In this document: in pieces, positions 53,060 through 64,000 of the stretch
Layout: each line of letters begins with the position of its first letter
Numbering within the stretch: the stretch's first letter is position 1
Assembly: GCA_028534125.1 (NCBI GenBank)
Contig: CM052816.1
Span: forward strand, 81,904,001-81,968,000
Direction: 5' to 3'
DNA length: 64,000 nucleotides
Source: Lama glama
Lineage: Eukaryota
Position numbers and translations under genes: made by a program
The notes under the pieces: model-generated
What the model was told of the DNA's origin: nothing
The model's database searches: none
Seen by the model: the letters and a program-made list of their open reading frames with translations, nothing else

Positions 53060-55315
53060 GTAAATCTTTTGGCTTGTCAGTGACCCGTGAGATAGTGCAT
53101 CTAAAAAATAAGCCTGCCATTCTCCTTTCAATCTTTAGGGACAACTTTCCCATTTCAGATACTTAATTATCTACTTCTCAGGTCAGGCATGAAAGTGTAA
53201 TATTATACATGCTGATTTATACCCCTGCATAATTTATGGTAACCCCAAATTAGATGAGCAATGGATGAATTGATTTATAAATTTTGAGAGTCTACTTGAA
53301 AAAATATCAGGTAAGTGTTAAAATTAAAATGGAAAAAAATGCATGTGGCTTAAAACACATATAGTTAATTAGAAAACAGGTATTGAATTTCATAAACAAT
53401 ATGATTATAACTAAGCTAAAACTTGCTACAGTAATAGTTATATTAAGACAGTGGTATTGTAGGTGGTTTTTTCTTTTTTTTACATAATTATTCTTTTTAC
53501 AGAGGAAAAAACATAATAATTTTTTCTCATGAAATTGAAATATATAAGTAAATATATGGCTTATGTTTTCTAAAGCAATATTTTAACTGTTTTTTAATTA
53601 TTTTAAAGAGTCTAGCTGTGAGGTATGGCACTGTATTTAGTGATTTTTAAAATGGTTGGGTTTTTAATGAAATCTTTGAATGCCTTTTTGTTTGCAGAAT
53701 CTTCACCATCCTAAGTGAATTCATCCCTGGAATCTCATTCAGGAATGTCACCTTCCGGTGACATCTGTCTATACTTCCAGCCTCTCGTGCCCTTATTCCC
53801 GTTGCTTCTGCTTGAATCTCCCCTTTTCTCCCTGTGTGCAGCCACCTTTCTTTGCTTTCTCTCTTGAGACCTATGCTCTGACTTCTGTCTTTTGGCCCCT
53901 TGTGCTAACCACCACCTTCCATGGAAATGTCAATTCAGCCATTTGCCTTTTCTTCTCTGGTGATATGGGAGAAAAAAAATTGGCTGCTGTGGTAAATCTG
54001 TGGTTTACAATTTCAGCTGGGGAGCTTTTCAGTGTGCAGCTTTCTGCCCACGTCTAGTATCAGCAGTTTCAGAAATTCAACCCTATGCCTCTTGTCCTCC
54101 TGGGGGCAGGAGCCCTTGCCTCCCCCATGCCTCCCGCCTCTCCCTCCAGCCTGTCAAATTTGGGCCGTTCATAGCCTGCCTTTGCTTCAGGGCCCCACCC
54201 CCTCCTACCCTGTCCCCGCCCCGATGCAGCCGCTGATGCCAGAGCCTGCCTCCAAAAGCTAGAACCAGTGGGCACAATTCAGTTTCCTTACCCCTTCTAG
54301 TGTGGTACCTGGGCTCCTGGCCTTGTCTGTCTGCTGAGCTCTCCATTTTGCCTTCTAGCTCTCTGATTCGTCCTTTGTGTATATTGTTTCTTGTCTACTC
54401 ATTCTAGTTTAGATTTTCCTCCAGATTTTGTCCTTGATATCCTTTCCTCATTCCACTCAGTCACAATGGCTTATTTTTACTTCAGTATTAGTGTTATTCA
54501 TATTTCTGTATTATTGTCAATGTTTATTTTGTTTGGCAAATGCACGCGAAAGGTTTTCTTTTGTCCATCTGGCTTTATTTTATTGGGAGGTTCTTTTTTC
54601 TTTTCCAATGAATGCTTCTTTGATTTTATAATGGCACTTTAGCAGTAAACTTACTAGAAAATGGTGTTAGAGTGAGTTTGTTGAAAAGCTTTTCCTTTCT
54701 CTATCTGTCTGCCTCTAGGCATTTTATGACCAAACAAATCTCTATGAGAAAGTGGACACTTTTAAAATCATCTTAAATAAAAATCTGATGTCAAATATTT
54801 ACTTTGTGGGATTTCAGCTCTCACAAAGTGTTACAACTATGTAGGGATAAAATTTAGGTTGTCATAAAGAAAAAGGTCTATTTACTTATTTTTAAACAAG
54901 ATTTACTTTTTCATTAGACTTTCCTTTGGAAATATACCTAAAAAAACCTCAAAGAATGCAGCAAAATACCTAATGTATAAAATGCATTTTTGTAGCAAAT
55001 TATGGTTGATTTATTTTTCACAATGTGACTTCACGAAAGATCTTCAGAAAATGGTGAATTAAAAAGGAGAATACATTCTGATGTGTATTTTTATTTTTTT
55101 CTGTGCATAAGCTTTTTTTACATAATGGTCATCATACTAATATATGTTTTGCACCTTGATTTTTAATAATTCATTGAGCAGGTGTATATTTTTAAAGATC
55201 ATGTTATGTAGTGATATAGTGCCAAATTTCTTGTCAAAAGAATCACATCAGTTTATGCTGCCATGAAAAATGCCATTATTAGTCTTCTCCATATTTTGGA
55301 CCCTCCCTCCTTTGC

Positions 55316-55343
55316 TTCCTTCCTTCCTTCCTTCCTTCCTTCC
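55316..55343. repeat. (CTTC)n tetranucleotide repeat
   Basis: Direct reading, about 7 units. Confidence 0.9.
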
Positions 55344-55569
55344 TTTTTAAATTACAACTATAGCTCCATGAGGCTAAGGAATGAACAGTCTGTCTTGTTG
55401 TATCAGTGCTAACATACTACTTTGCACATAGCAAGGACTTGGTAAATACTTGTTTACTGACTTAAATTGGTCATAATAGTCCCTTAGTTAAATATTCATG
55501 TATTTTGTTACTAATGAGAGGGAATGTGCTTTTCAAACATTCTTTGGCATTGTCTCTCATTTTTAAAAA

Positions 55570-57500
55570 AGTAAACCTTTGATTGAAGTAGAACGCAAAT
55601 GCTGAGAAGTGATGTATGATAAATATAAGGCTGGATGAATTTTCACAAAATGAATAAATATGACCATAAACTCAGCACCCAGATCAAGATCACCAGCATC
55701 CAAAATCCCCTTTCCAGTCACTACCCAGCCCCTCAAGGTAACCTCTATTCTGACTTGAAAACACCCTATGTATTAGTTTTATTTGTTTTTAAATTATAAA
55801 ACTAGGATTGCATATTCTTTTTTGTTTTTGTCTTCTTTCGTATTATGTGTTTTCAAGACACTTGTTGTTACAATTAACTGTAGTTGGCTCATTCTCGTTG
55901 CTGTGTAGCATTATATGGTATGACTAAGTTAAGATGTAATGTGATTAATGGACATTTGGTTATTTTCACTTTTTTGGCTCTTTCAGATAGCATGCATGTG
56001 TTTGCCAAACACTTGCACATGCCTTTTGGGGAGCATACATTTATATAAGCTTTTCTATAGCAGATATATACCTAGGAGTGGAAATTCTGGATGTGTTTAT
56101 ATTAAGCTTTGTAGATACTTTAAGTTTTCCAAAGTGATTGTACCATTTTGCTGTTCCACCAGGAGTAAAAATGAGAGCTCAAGTTATTTCACATTTTCAT
56201 CACTTGGCATTTTTCTTTTTTTTTCGAGTTAGCCATTATGATGAGTATTCAGGGGTATCACATTATCATATTATGGTTTTAATTTTCACTTCCCTAGTGG
56301 TTAATGAAATGGAGTACGATTTCATATATTAATTGACCATTTGGATGTTGTCTTTTGAAGTGCCTCTGTTGAAGTCTTTAGCTCATTTTTCTGTTGGGTT
56401 ATGTCTGCCTTTTTCTCATTTATTTGTAGGTATTTTATATATGTGCACTATATGTGAGTCCTTTGTCTGTGTATATATATATTGCAAGTACCTTCTCTGT
56501 GATTGCTTTTTCACCATCTTATTGGTGATTTTTGATGAACAGAAATTTTTAATGTAGTCCAATTTACATAATTTTTCTTTATGCTTAGAGTTCTTTGTAT
56601 CTTGTTTGTGTAATCTTTGCCCATCCAAGGTCATCAAGATTCTCTCCTATATTTTCTATAGATTTAGGTCTATAATGTGCCTCAAGTTTGTTTTTACAAA
56701 TGGTATGAGATATGGGTCAAGATTCATTATTTTCAATGATATCCAGTTGACCCGGCACCATTTATTGAAAAGGCCAGTCTTTCTTCATAGAACTGAAGTG
56801 TTATTTTTGCCCTTAATTGTGTTGACTCCATGTGTGTGTGTGTACACACAAACAGTACAAAAGTGTATAAAGTAAAAAAGTGAACACATCCTTCTAGATG
56901 TGTGAAAATGAGCAGGTGCTCTAAATGGTTTGATTTCAATTTTTGTAAATCTGTATAGAGAGAATTATCCTTTTTCCTTTAAGTGGGATAACACTAAATA
57001 TGTTATACAACTTGACCTTTTTGCTCAACTATTTCAGACATCCTCTATATAAATACAGTGCCTTAATCTTCAGCAGCTGCATGGCATTCCATACTATGAA
57101 TGTTTGTTAACTTTTCTGACAGTTCCTCTGTGATGACTATTTGGGAGTTCTCTGTTTTTCCCCCATTACATATAAATACTTTAGGACCAGCCTTGTACAA
57201 ACATCTATCTTTTTGCATTTTATGTGGATGTTTCTATGAAATCGAATTCTAGACGATAAATGATTTGTTAAGATAGTATGCACATTTTAAATTTGGAAAG
57301 ATGTTGGCCAAGTTCTCTCTAGAAAGAACATAATTTGTAGTTCTAACCAATTTTTTTTTTCTAACCAACACTTTTGACAGTACCTGTTTTCTATACATCT
57401 GCCAACACTGAATATTACTAGTCATCTGATAGGTAAAAAGTCGTCTCATTGTTTTTTATTTGCATCTTACTTGAACTCCTGTGGGAATGAGCAGCTTTTA
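55570..57500 (-). mobile_element. Old L1 (L1MC/ME-like) 3' fragments
   Basis: T-rich strand; atatacctaggagtggaaattctgg, tttaattttcacttccct, gatatccagttgacccggcaccatttattgaaaag. Confidence 0.7.
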
Positions 57501-59258
57501 TATATTTCAGGTATTTCATGGTCTTCTCATTCTAATTTGCATTTTATTTATGTCAGTTTATTATAATATGAGCTGTCTCAGTTGCTTCATATAAGTTTAT
57601 CCAAAGTTGAATGTATAGTTTAAAACCAAGGATTATTCAGTGCAGGTCAATTTACCAGAAGTAAAATCATAGAACAGCCAGTTTATTAAGATTTTAAGAG
57701 CTTCCCCTCATTTTTGTTTCTTTCCTATCCTTGCCTCTACCTTAGGTAGCCAAATAAATGATAGGAGCTCTCCTAGAGCTAGTTTAAGCTTTTATCCTGA
57801 CTGTAGCCGGGGCTGGGGCAGGGCATAATTCAAGATAGGAAGGCTGCACTTACGGGAAAGCCTATTCATTGCTTATATCTTTGCTGTAGTAAAGCTTTGA
57901 AAATCTTGAATCAATTTTGCAAATCAACTACCTAGCAGATTGATTTTTGGAAATTGTCCCATTCTGGGGAAGTAGTTCTTAGGTATGTCTGACAGGGCCA
58001 GAGGGTGGGAGGGTGTATCAAAATTCCCAGGAGGCAAATGTGGTTTGGGAAAAAACATCAATTGATATAGCATCTTAATATAACTTTATATTTGGAAATT
58101 TTAGAAAATACTGTGTTGTTAATATAAATTTTCAAAACTTAAGATTATGTAAAGGCGTCTTGGTAGGAATATACAGGAGATGTAGTAACGCAGTTATATA
58201 GTTATTCTTAATGTAGGGAAAGAGGAAGGTATTTTTATATTTCTTAAAAATGAGTATTACACTATTGAGAAATACTCGTTTAACCAGTATATTCTTAACA
58301 GAAATTTCCTAACAAATTGTACCCCCCCCCTGCTAAAAAACCATATAAATAATCAAGCAATATAAACTGAGAGAATTGGGTCTCTAAGAAAGAGTTTATA
58401 AAGTCTGTCAGTTCATTAATGACTGTCCAGATTCATTCCCTGAAACACAAACTCCAGTTCTTTCCGAATAATGAGCCGTTGTCACGGTTCCAGTCCCAGT
58501 GCTGGCAGAATTCCTGCTAACCTTAGCTTACCCGCTCTAATTTCTCATTTATATCATGGCCTATTTATCTCAGCCAACGAGATAAAAATTACTTCCCAGC
58601 CCTCAGTGACATAGTTCCATAAATCCCCAACATAAACATGTAGCAAAGCAGACAAACCAAAAGAGCCAATTCATTAACATTAGTAAATTCATGACCGTCT
58701 GCGAGCAAGTGGCCACATTATTTATCTGCTTCGAAAGTCATTCCACAAATATTTATGGAGGGTCTTTTTTGCCGGGCTGGGTGTGAAGGATACAGCCCTT
58801 GCCCTGCAGGCGCTGGCAGGACCCTCTAGTCTTGTCCCTGTGTTTCCATAAGGATTGCACCCCAGTACCTCCTGAGGTGCCACAGTCCCCCGCCTTGATA
58901 AGCCTTTTACCCCAGGTTATCTGTCGTGAGTTTCTACTTTTTCACATTGGTAAATACCTATCTTTCTAGGTTTTAGTGGTGATTTGAAATATTTAGCAGA
59001 TTTCTACATGGATTTACAATTTCTCCTCCAGCATTACCAACTTTGCAGTTGATATGTGTATGTTTTTAAAAAAAAATATTTCTATTCCATGCTACTGTAA
59101 AACTCACCTCCCTCATCAGCAGCTTTGCACCCAAACCGGGTGGAGGCATTCTCATAAGCATTTGGTGGCCTGCCTTCTTGATCTTGCAGGTGTTCTCCTA
59201 AATTGGGCAGTGCCCTTGGTTTGTAGGTTTAAGTGTTCCCCTCTCCCAGTAGCTCTTT

Positions 59259-59758
59259 NNNNNNNNNNNNNNNNNNNNNNNNNNNNNNNNNNNNNNNNNN
59301 NNNNNNNNNNNNNNNNNNNNNNNNNNNNNNNNNNNNNNNNNNNNNNNNNNNNNNNNNNNNNNNNNNNNNNNNNNNNNNNNNNNNNNNNNNNNNNNNNNNN
59401 NNNNNNNNNNNNNNNNNNNNNNNNNNNNNNNNNNNNNNNNNNNNNNNNNNNNNNNNNNNNNNNNNNNNNNNNNNNNNNNNNNNNNNNNNNNNNNNNNNNN
59501 NNNNNNNNNNNNNNNNNNNNNNNNNNNNNNNNNNNNNNNNNNNNNNNNNNNNNNNNNNNNNNNNNNNNNNNNNNNNNNNNNNNNNNNNNNNNNNNNNNNN
59601 NNNNNNNNNNNNNNNNNNNNNNNNNNNNNNNNNNNNNNNNNNNNNNNNNNNNNNNNNNNNNNNNNNNNNNNNNNNNNNNNNNNNNNNNNNNNNNNNNNNN
59701 NNNNNNNNNNNNNNNNNNNNNNNNNNNNNNNNNNNNNNNNNNNNNNNNNNNNNNNNNN
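59259..59758. other. Assembly gap (500 N)
   Basis: N run. The flanking DROSHA exons join in frame, so no constitutive exon appears to be lost. Confidence 1.
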
Positions 59759-59769
59759 GAACACACCAT

Positions 59770-60100
59770 CCCCACTTCAGCTTAGGGCTTTGGCTATGTT
59801 TTCACTCCTCTCCCAGGCAGCTGGATGGGGTTCTTCTGCTTCTTTCAAGTCCTTGCACATGGCACCTCTTCAAAGATGCCTTTTCTGACCACCCTTTTAT
59901 GTATGGTTGCCCAGTTTGATCCTTCTTCATAGCGCTCATCTCTGATTTATTATTATGCAGTTGTTTTTCACTGTCTCTTTCCCTCCAGTAGAATATAAGG
60001 GGTTTTGGCTATTTAGCACCACTGTGTTTCCAGGGTCTGCTCTAATAGGTGCTCAATAAATACTTGTTGAATGAGTGAATATTTAGATTAATGAATGAAT
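59770..60100 (+). mobile_element. LINE-2 3' end
   Basis: Ends taggtgctcaataaatacttgttgaatgagtgaat. Confidence 0.75.
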
Positions 60101-61268
60101 GCATTCCTGTAGTAGCTCTGTAGCAGCAGTGCCATATAATTGCAGAGCAGCATCTGAGATAGAAAAACACAGATTAAAAAGAAATTTAGATCCTTACTGT
60201 TTTCTGTCTCAGGTGTGTAGGCCTCCTAAGCCCATAGCAACTCAAATTAAAATCTCTTATCTTTTTCTATTTTCTAGTATCCCAAATTCCTTGGGTTCCA
60301 TGAACTCCTCTGGCACACATAGGACCCTCTCATTTATGCCCACTCATCTCAACCATCTTGGTCCTCTTGTTTCTCTATGAGGCGCTTGTTCCTAGCATAT
60401 CTCATGCCTTAGGGAGGGTAGTTAGTGTTCTCTACACCTTCAGGGCTCTTGTCCTTCCTTTGGGTGGAACTAGGCAGAGAAAAGGCGTTCCAGGTGGTCA
60501 AACATGCTGGTCAGAAAGCTTAAGTCCAAAGAGAAGGCAGAAACCTGTAAGCTTAAAATTAAGGCCCACATTAGACGAATGTCTGGTTCATCAAGTACCA
60601 GATTAATTGGCTTTTTCCAAGGTACTTTAATTATGTTCCTTGTTGTTTTTATCCTCTATACCTGGTAATAAATGCTTCTGTAGGTCTCAGATTACTTGGT
60701 ATTTTTTCCATGTACTAACTCCATAATGATCTTCATGATATTAGTACAGCCTCTTTAGCTCTATTCATCACAGCAGGTGCAGCACATTAGCACCAAAAAA
60801 TTAGACCATAACGCAACAGCTTATTGAAAACATCCATAGATATCTCATAAAAGCTTAGAATTTCCTTAAGACAGTAACATCACTTCCAGAGAGCTTTCGT
60901 CTGTTACTGTAGAAAGAATGATAAAATATTTAAGACATAACATGGTTGTATATATTATAAACTGCTAGGTGGTTTTAATTTTATTTCGGTAGGCACCTTT
61001 TTTATAATCGTACCTCACAAATGGACCTTTTTATCATTTATAATGTTGTTGTTGCCATTTCAGTAAATGAGATGGTTTATGAGCACTGTTCATCAGTGAA
61101 ACAAATGACTTTCCTATTATTTGGCAGCTGTTTAAACAGTATAAATTGTAAATTTCCTCTTTATAAATGCTCTTTTTCCCCCTCATTGTCTTGTTTTTCC
61201 ATATTGGATGGATGATTGGCTTTTGATTGAGTAACCCTATTTCCCTTCTCTTTCCACCCTCACCTAAG

Positions 61269-61438
61269 ATGGAGGAAAGGAAGTGCTGTCCATGCACCAG
61301 ATTCTCCTGTACTTGTTACGATGTAGCAAAGCCCTGGTTCCAGAAGAGGAGATTGCCAATATGCTTCAGTGGGAGGAACTTGAGTGGCAGAAATATGCAG
61401 AAGAATGCAAGGGCATGATCGTCACCAACCCTGGAACG
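61269..61438 (+). CDS. DROSHA: DROSHA 170-nt exon (DGGKEVLSMHQILLYLLRCSK...KGMIVTNPGT); gene continues beyond the window
   Basis: cacctaAG / GTacgt, phase 1 to 0; ORF 61283..61534. Confidence 0.96.
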
Positions 61439-61839
61439 GTACGTGCTGGTGTTAACACTCACAGACTGCATCACCTTCATTTCCGGTTTGAGTGTTTTCA
61501 CAAAAACAATAACAGAACATTTCAAAAGCTTTAAGTACTTATTGCTTCTTGTCCTTTGAGTAATTTTTTCCTTTAAATATTTAGTAAATGAGAAAAATAT
61601 TACAGGATAGGCATATTTAGTAGTCAGTTTATCTGATTAATAAATTTATTCTACTTATTATGAAGAATTTTGAATTTTTTAGATATGTTCAGATCTGATT
61701 TTTTTATGAGTATTAAAGTAATATATCTTCACTATGGAAAATTAGGAAAATAGAAAAATGGCCCAAAGAAGACAATAAAAATTATCCATAAGTCCATTCT
61801 CCTATTCACTCTTATTCACTTTTCTAGTCTCTTTAGACT

Positions 61840-62510
61840 AGATATATTTCTTATTTTTTGAAGCAAAATTATTATTAAATATTAATATTTAGACCTTTTC
61901 CTTCTTATCCTCCTCTGGGAACAACCACCACGAAGTTATTATTTTTTCTTAGTCTTACATTTCTTTAGGTGTGTAATAAAAAAAGGCCCCTAAGTTATTT
62001 AACCCCCTATTCCTGGGCACCTAAGTTGCTTCCAGATTTTTGTTATAACTAGTAATTCTGCATTGAATTTGTATATGTGTGCATAACAGTACATACATAT
62101 ATATGTATTTATCTTTGAATGTGTCCATGTAATTTCTTTTGGTATGCACATTTTAAAGGCTTTTGATACATGTGGTAAGTTGCCTTCCAGAGGGCTGTAA
62201 AATTTGCACTCTGACCAGGAGTATTTGAGAGTGCCCCTTTCTTCGTTCTGGTTATACTAGTTTAAAAAAAACGGTCAATTTGGTAGGAAAAAAAAATAGC
62301 TACTATTTAGTTCAGTTTTCTGTTTATTTTGGTTTCTAGCAAAAATTGATATTTTAAATGCTTACTCACCTTTAAAGTTTTTCTTTGATAATTTAGGCCT
62401 ATTAATATCCTGTGTCTAATTTTCTTTTGTGGCATTTGTCCTTTTTTATTGATTCTTTGCTATAATTATTACAAATATTTCCCATTCATTTTGTTTCTTA
62501 ATTTTTTGCT
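61840..62510 (-). mobile_element. Old L1 relic
   Basis: ttgccttccagagggctgtaaaatttgcactctgaccaggagtatttgagagtgccc is an L1M-type motif. Confidence 0.55.
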
Positions 62511-63254
62511 TAAAAATTGGTTTCTGTTGGTTACTTTTGAAGTAAAAATATAAAAACCAAAAGCAGAGAATTAATAGATAACTAGTTTTCTCTAATGAAG
62601 AACGTGCTGTTTTATATATAAAAATTTTTTTCTCTATGTTGTTTCATAAAATATATATTGGCATCTTATCAGGATAAAGTTTTCTAAAAGTGGAGAATTA
62701 AAATACATCTATGTAGAGAAGCAAAGTAATCTATTTAAACAAAGCTGTTGTTTTAAAAAGGCTGCCAAATTGTTTAATAGCCTTGATTCATAAAAATAAA
62801 AACTCTGGATCAACTTTTTGTAGCATGACAGTAACATCTGCACAAACAAAATGTTGCTATTTGCAAATCAAACATTTCAGCCAATACTGATTATTTTAAA
62901 TCTAGAAAGTGAAAGTGTTTAATAAAAATGTTTTTAAACAAACTTATTAAAAACTGAAACACATAGTTTTTACTGTTACATTGTTAAGCCACATAAATAC
63001 TGTTAAATTAATTTTAAAAGAAATATATGAGTCATAGCACTGTAAGAGTATTACTGTGAATTTAATTTTTCTTCTTTAAACAGTTGCATAAATTTACATT
63101 TCTTCTATCAGTTTTATGGTTGGATCAGAGGATGGGTGGGGGTGATGGTGATGGTGATGGGAGGTATACCTTTCCATCTTGGTAGGTCTGCTTAAAGAGT
63201 CCCATGGTTTTCTGTGAACACTTTGGGAACACTCTCACCCGGGGGCTTTCTTCC

Positions 63255-63433
63255 ATGGCATGGTTAAATTTCCTGAAATTCTAGGAACAGTTGGACAGCT
63301 TATAAAAATATAAGAATGCCCTGATCAACCCCATCCCATATACTCTAGGTAATGGGGCTTAAAGATCCATAGTTTCCAAAAAAAAATCCCCAGTTGCTTC
63401 TGATTCACTCCTTGCTTGTTTTTGAGCCAGTGG
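63255..63433. mobile_element. Degenerate MER5-like MITE
   Basis: cttataaaaatataagaatgccctg...atccccagttgcttctgattc...tttgagccagtgg. Confidence 0.45.
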
Positions 63434-64000
63434 CATAGAAGGTATTTGCTCCATTACCATGTTCATCATTCAGCTCAGTTGCTGAGGGACTGCTACGTGA
63501 GCCAGGTGCTAGTGAAGTATATAGATTATATATGATGCTTGTCCAGCTGCAAACACACGGCATATCCATATGAAAGGAATCTGTGATGAATTATTGAATC
63601 AATGGGCCAATCTGTAAAAAAGTCAGTCAGGAAAGCTTGTAGTTTCAGGTGAGATCACCAGGCTGCCAGGCTTCATAAACACTCTACTGAGGTCTTTAAG
63701 GAATCAAGTATAAATTATTGGCATGATTGAATGTACACACTTGAGATGGTATATGGCCAGTTTGGAAGATAATGAGGAAACCACAGATTGGTCAGGGTGG
63801 AAAGTTTCTGTTGGAAATTAATCAGAAATAAATTAGGAAAGCTAAGTTTGGGTGTCAAGCTTAGGGTCATGTTGAAGTTAATTCTTTTTTAGTGTTTGGT
63901 ATTTAGTTTTAAAGGAAAAAAATATTCTGAAAACTCTGTGTCATGAAAACATCCTTTCATTATATCCTTTTGAGAATAGGGCAGAGGAAACGTGGCATCA

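Noticed and set aside
59054..59919. Long ORFs of 188-243 aa
   Set aside because: They span the 500-N gap; the flanks are non-coding or L2.

Overview
Mammalian (eutherian) genomic DNA, not prokaryotic. The window holds the head-to-head C5orf22 / DROSHA locus. C5orf22 (UPF0489 family) runs on the minus strand from ATG 14235 to stop 482 in 9 coding exons, with exon 8 cut by an assembly gap. DROSHA runs on the plus strand from a shared CpG-island promoter (~14100-14900) through 5'-UTR exons and 14 coding exons. These total 2238 nt = 746 codons and cover the Pro-rich, RS-rich and central/Platform regions; the RNase III and dsRBD domains lie beyond the window. I traced exons by hand from GT/AG sites and checked frame continuity across junctions; protein identities come from my recall of the human proteins. 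Introns are repeat-rich: L1, L2, MIR, MER5/20/58, Charlie, Tigger, MLT, a two-LTR ERVL relic and tRNA-derived SINEs that suggest a camelid. Repeat names and edges are by eye and approximate. There are three N gaps (1288-1787, 35440-35539, 59259-59758). I found no convincing wholly new system. The strongest signals are regulatory: a transposon-derived DROSHA cassette exon folding into a pri-miRNA-like hairpin with its splice donor in the loop (autoregulation reported in human), an L2-derived uORF-rich 5'-UTR exon, a start-stop element before the ATG, and a perfect 18-bp intronic hairpin.
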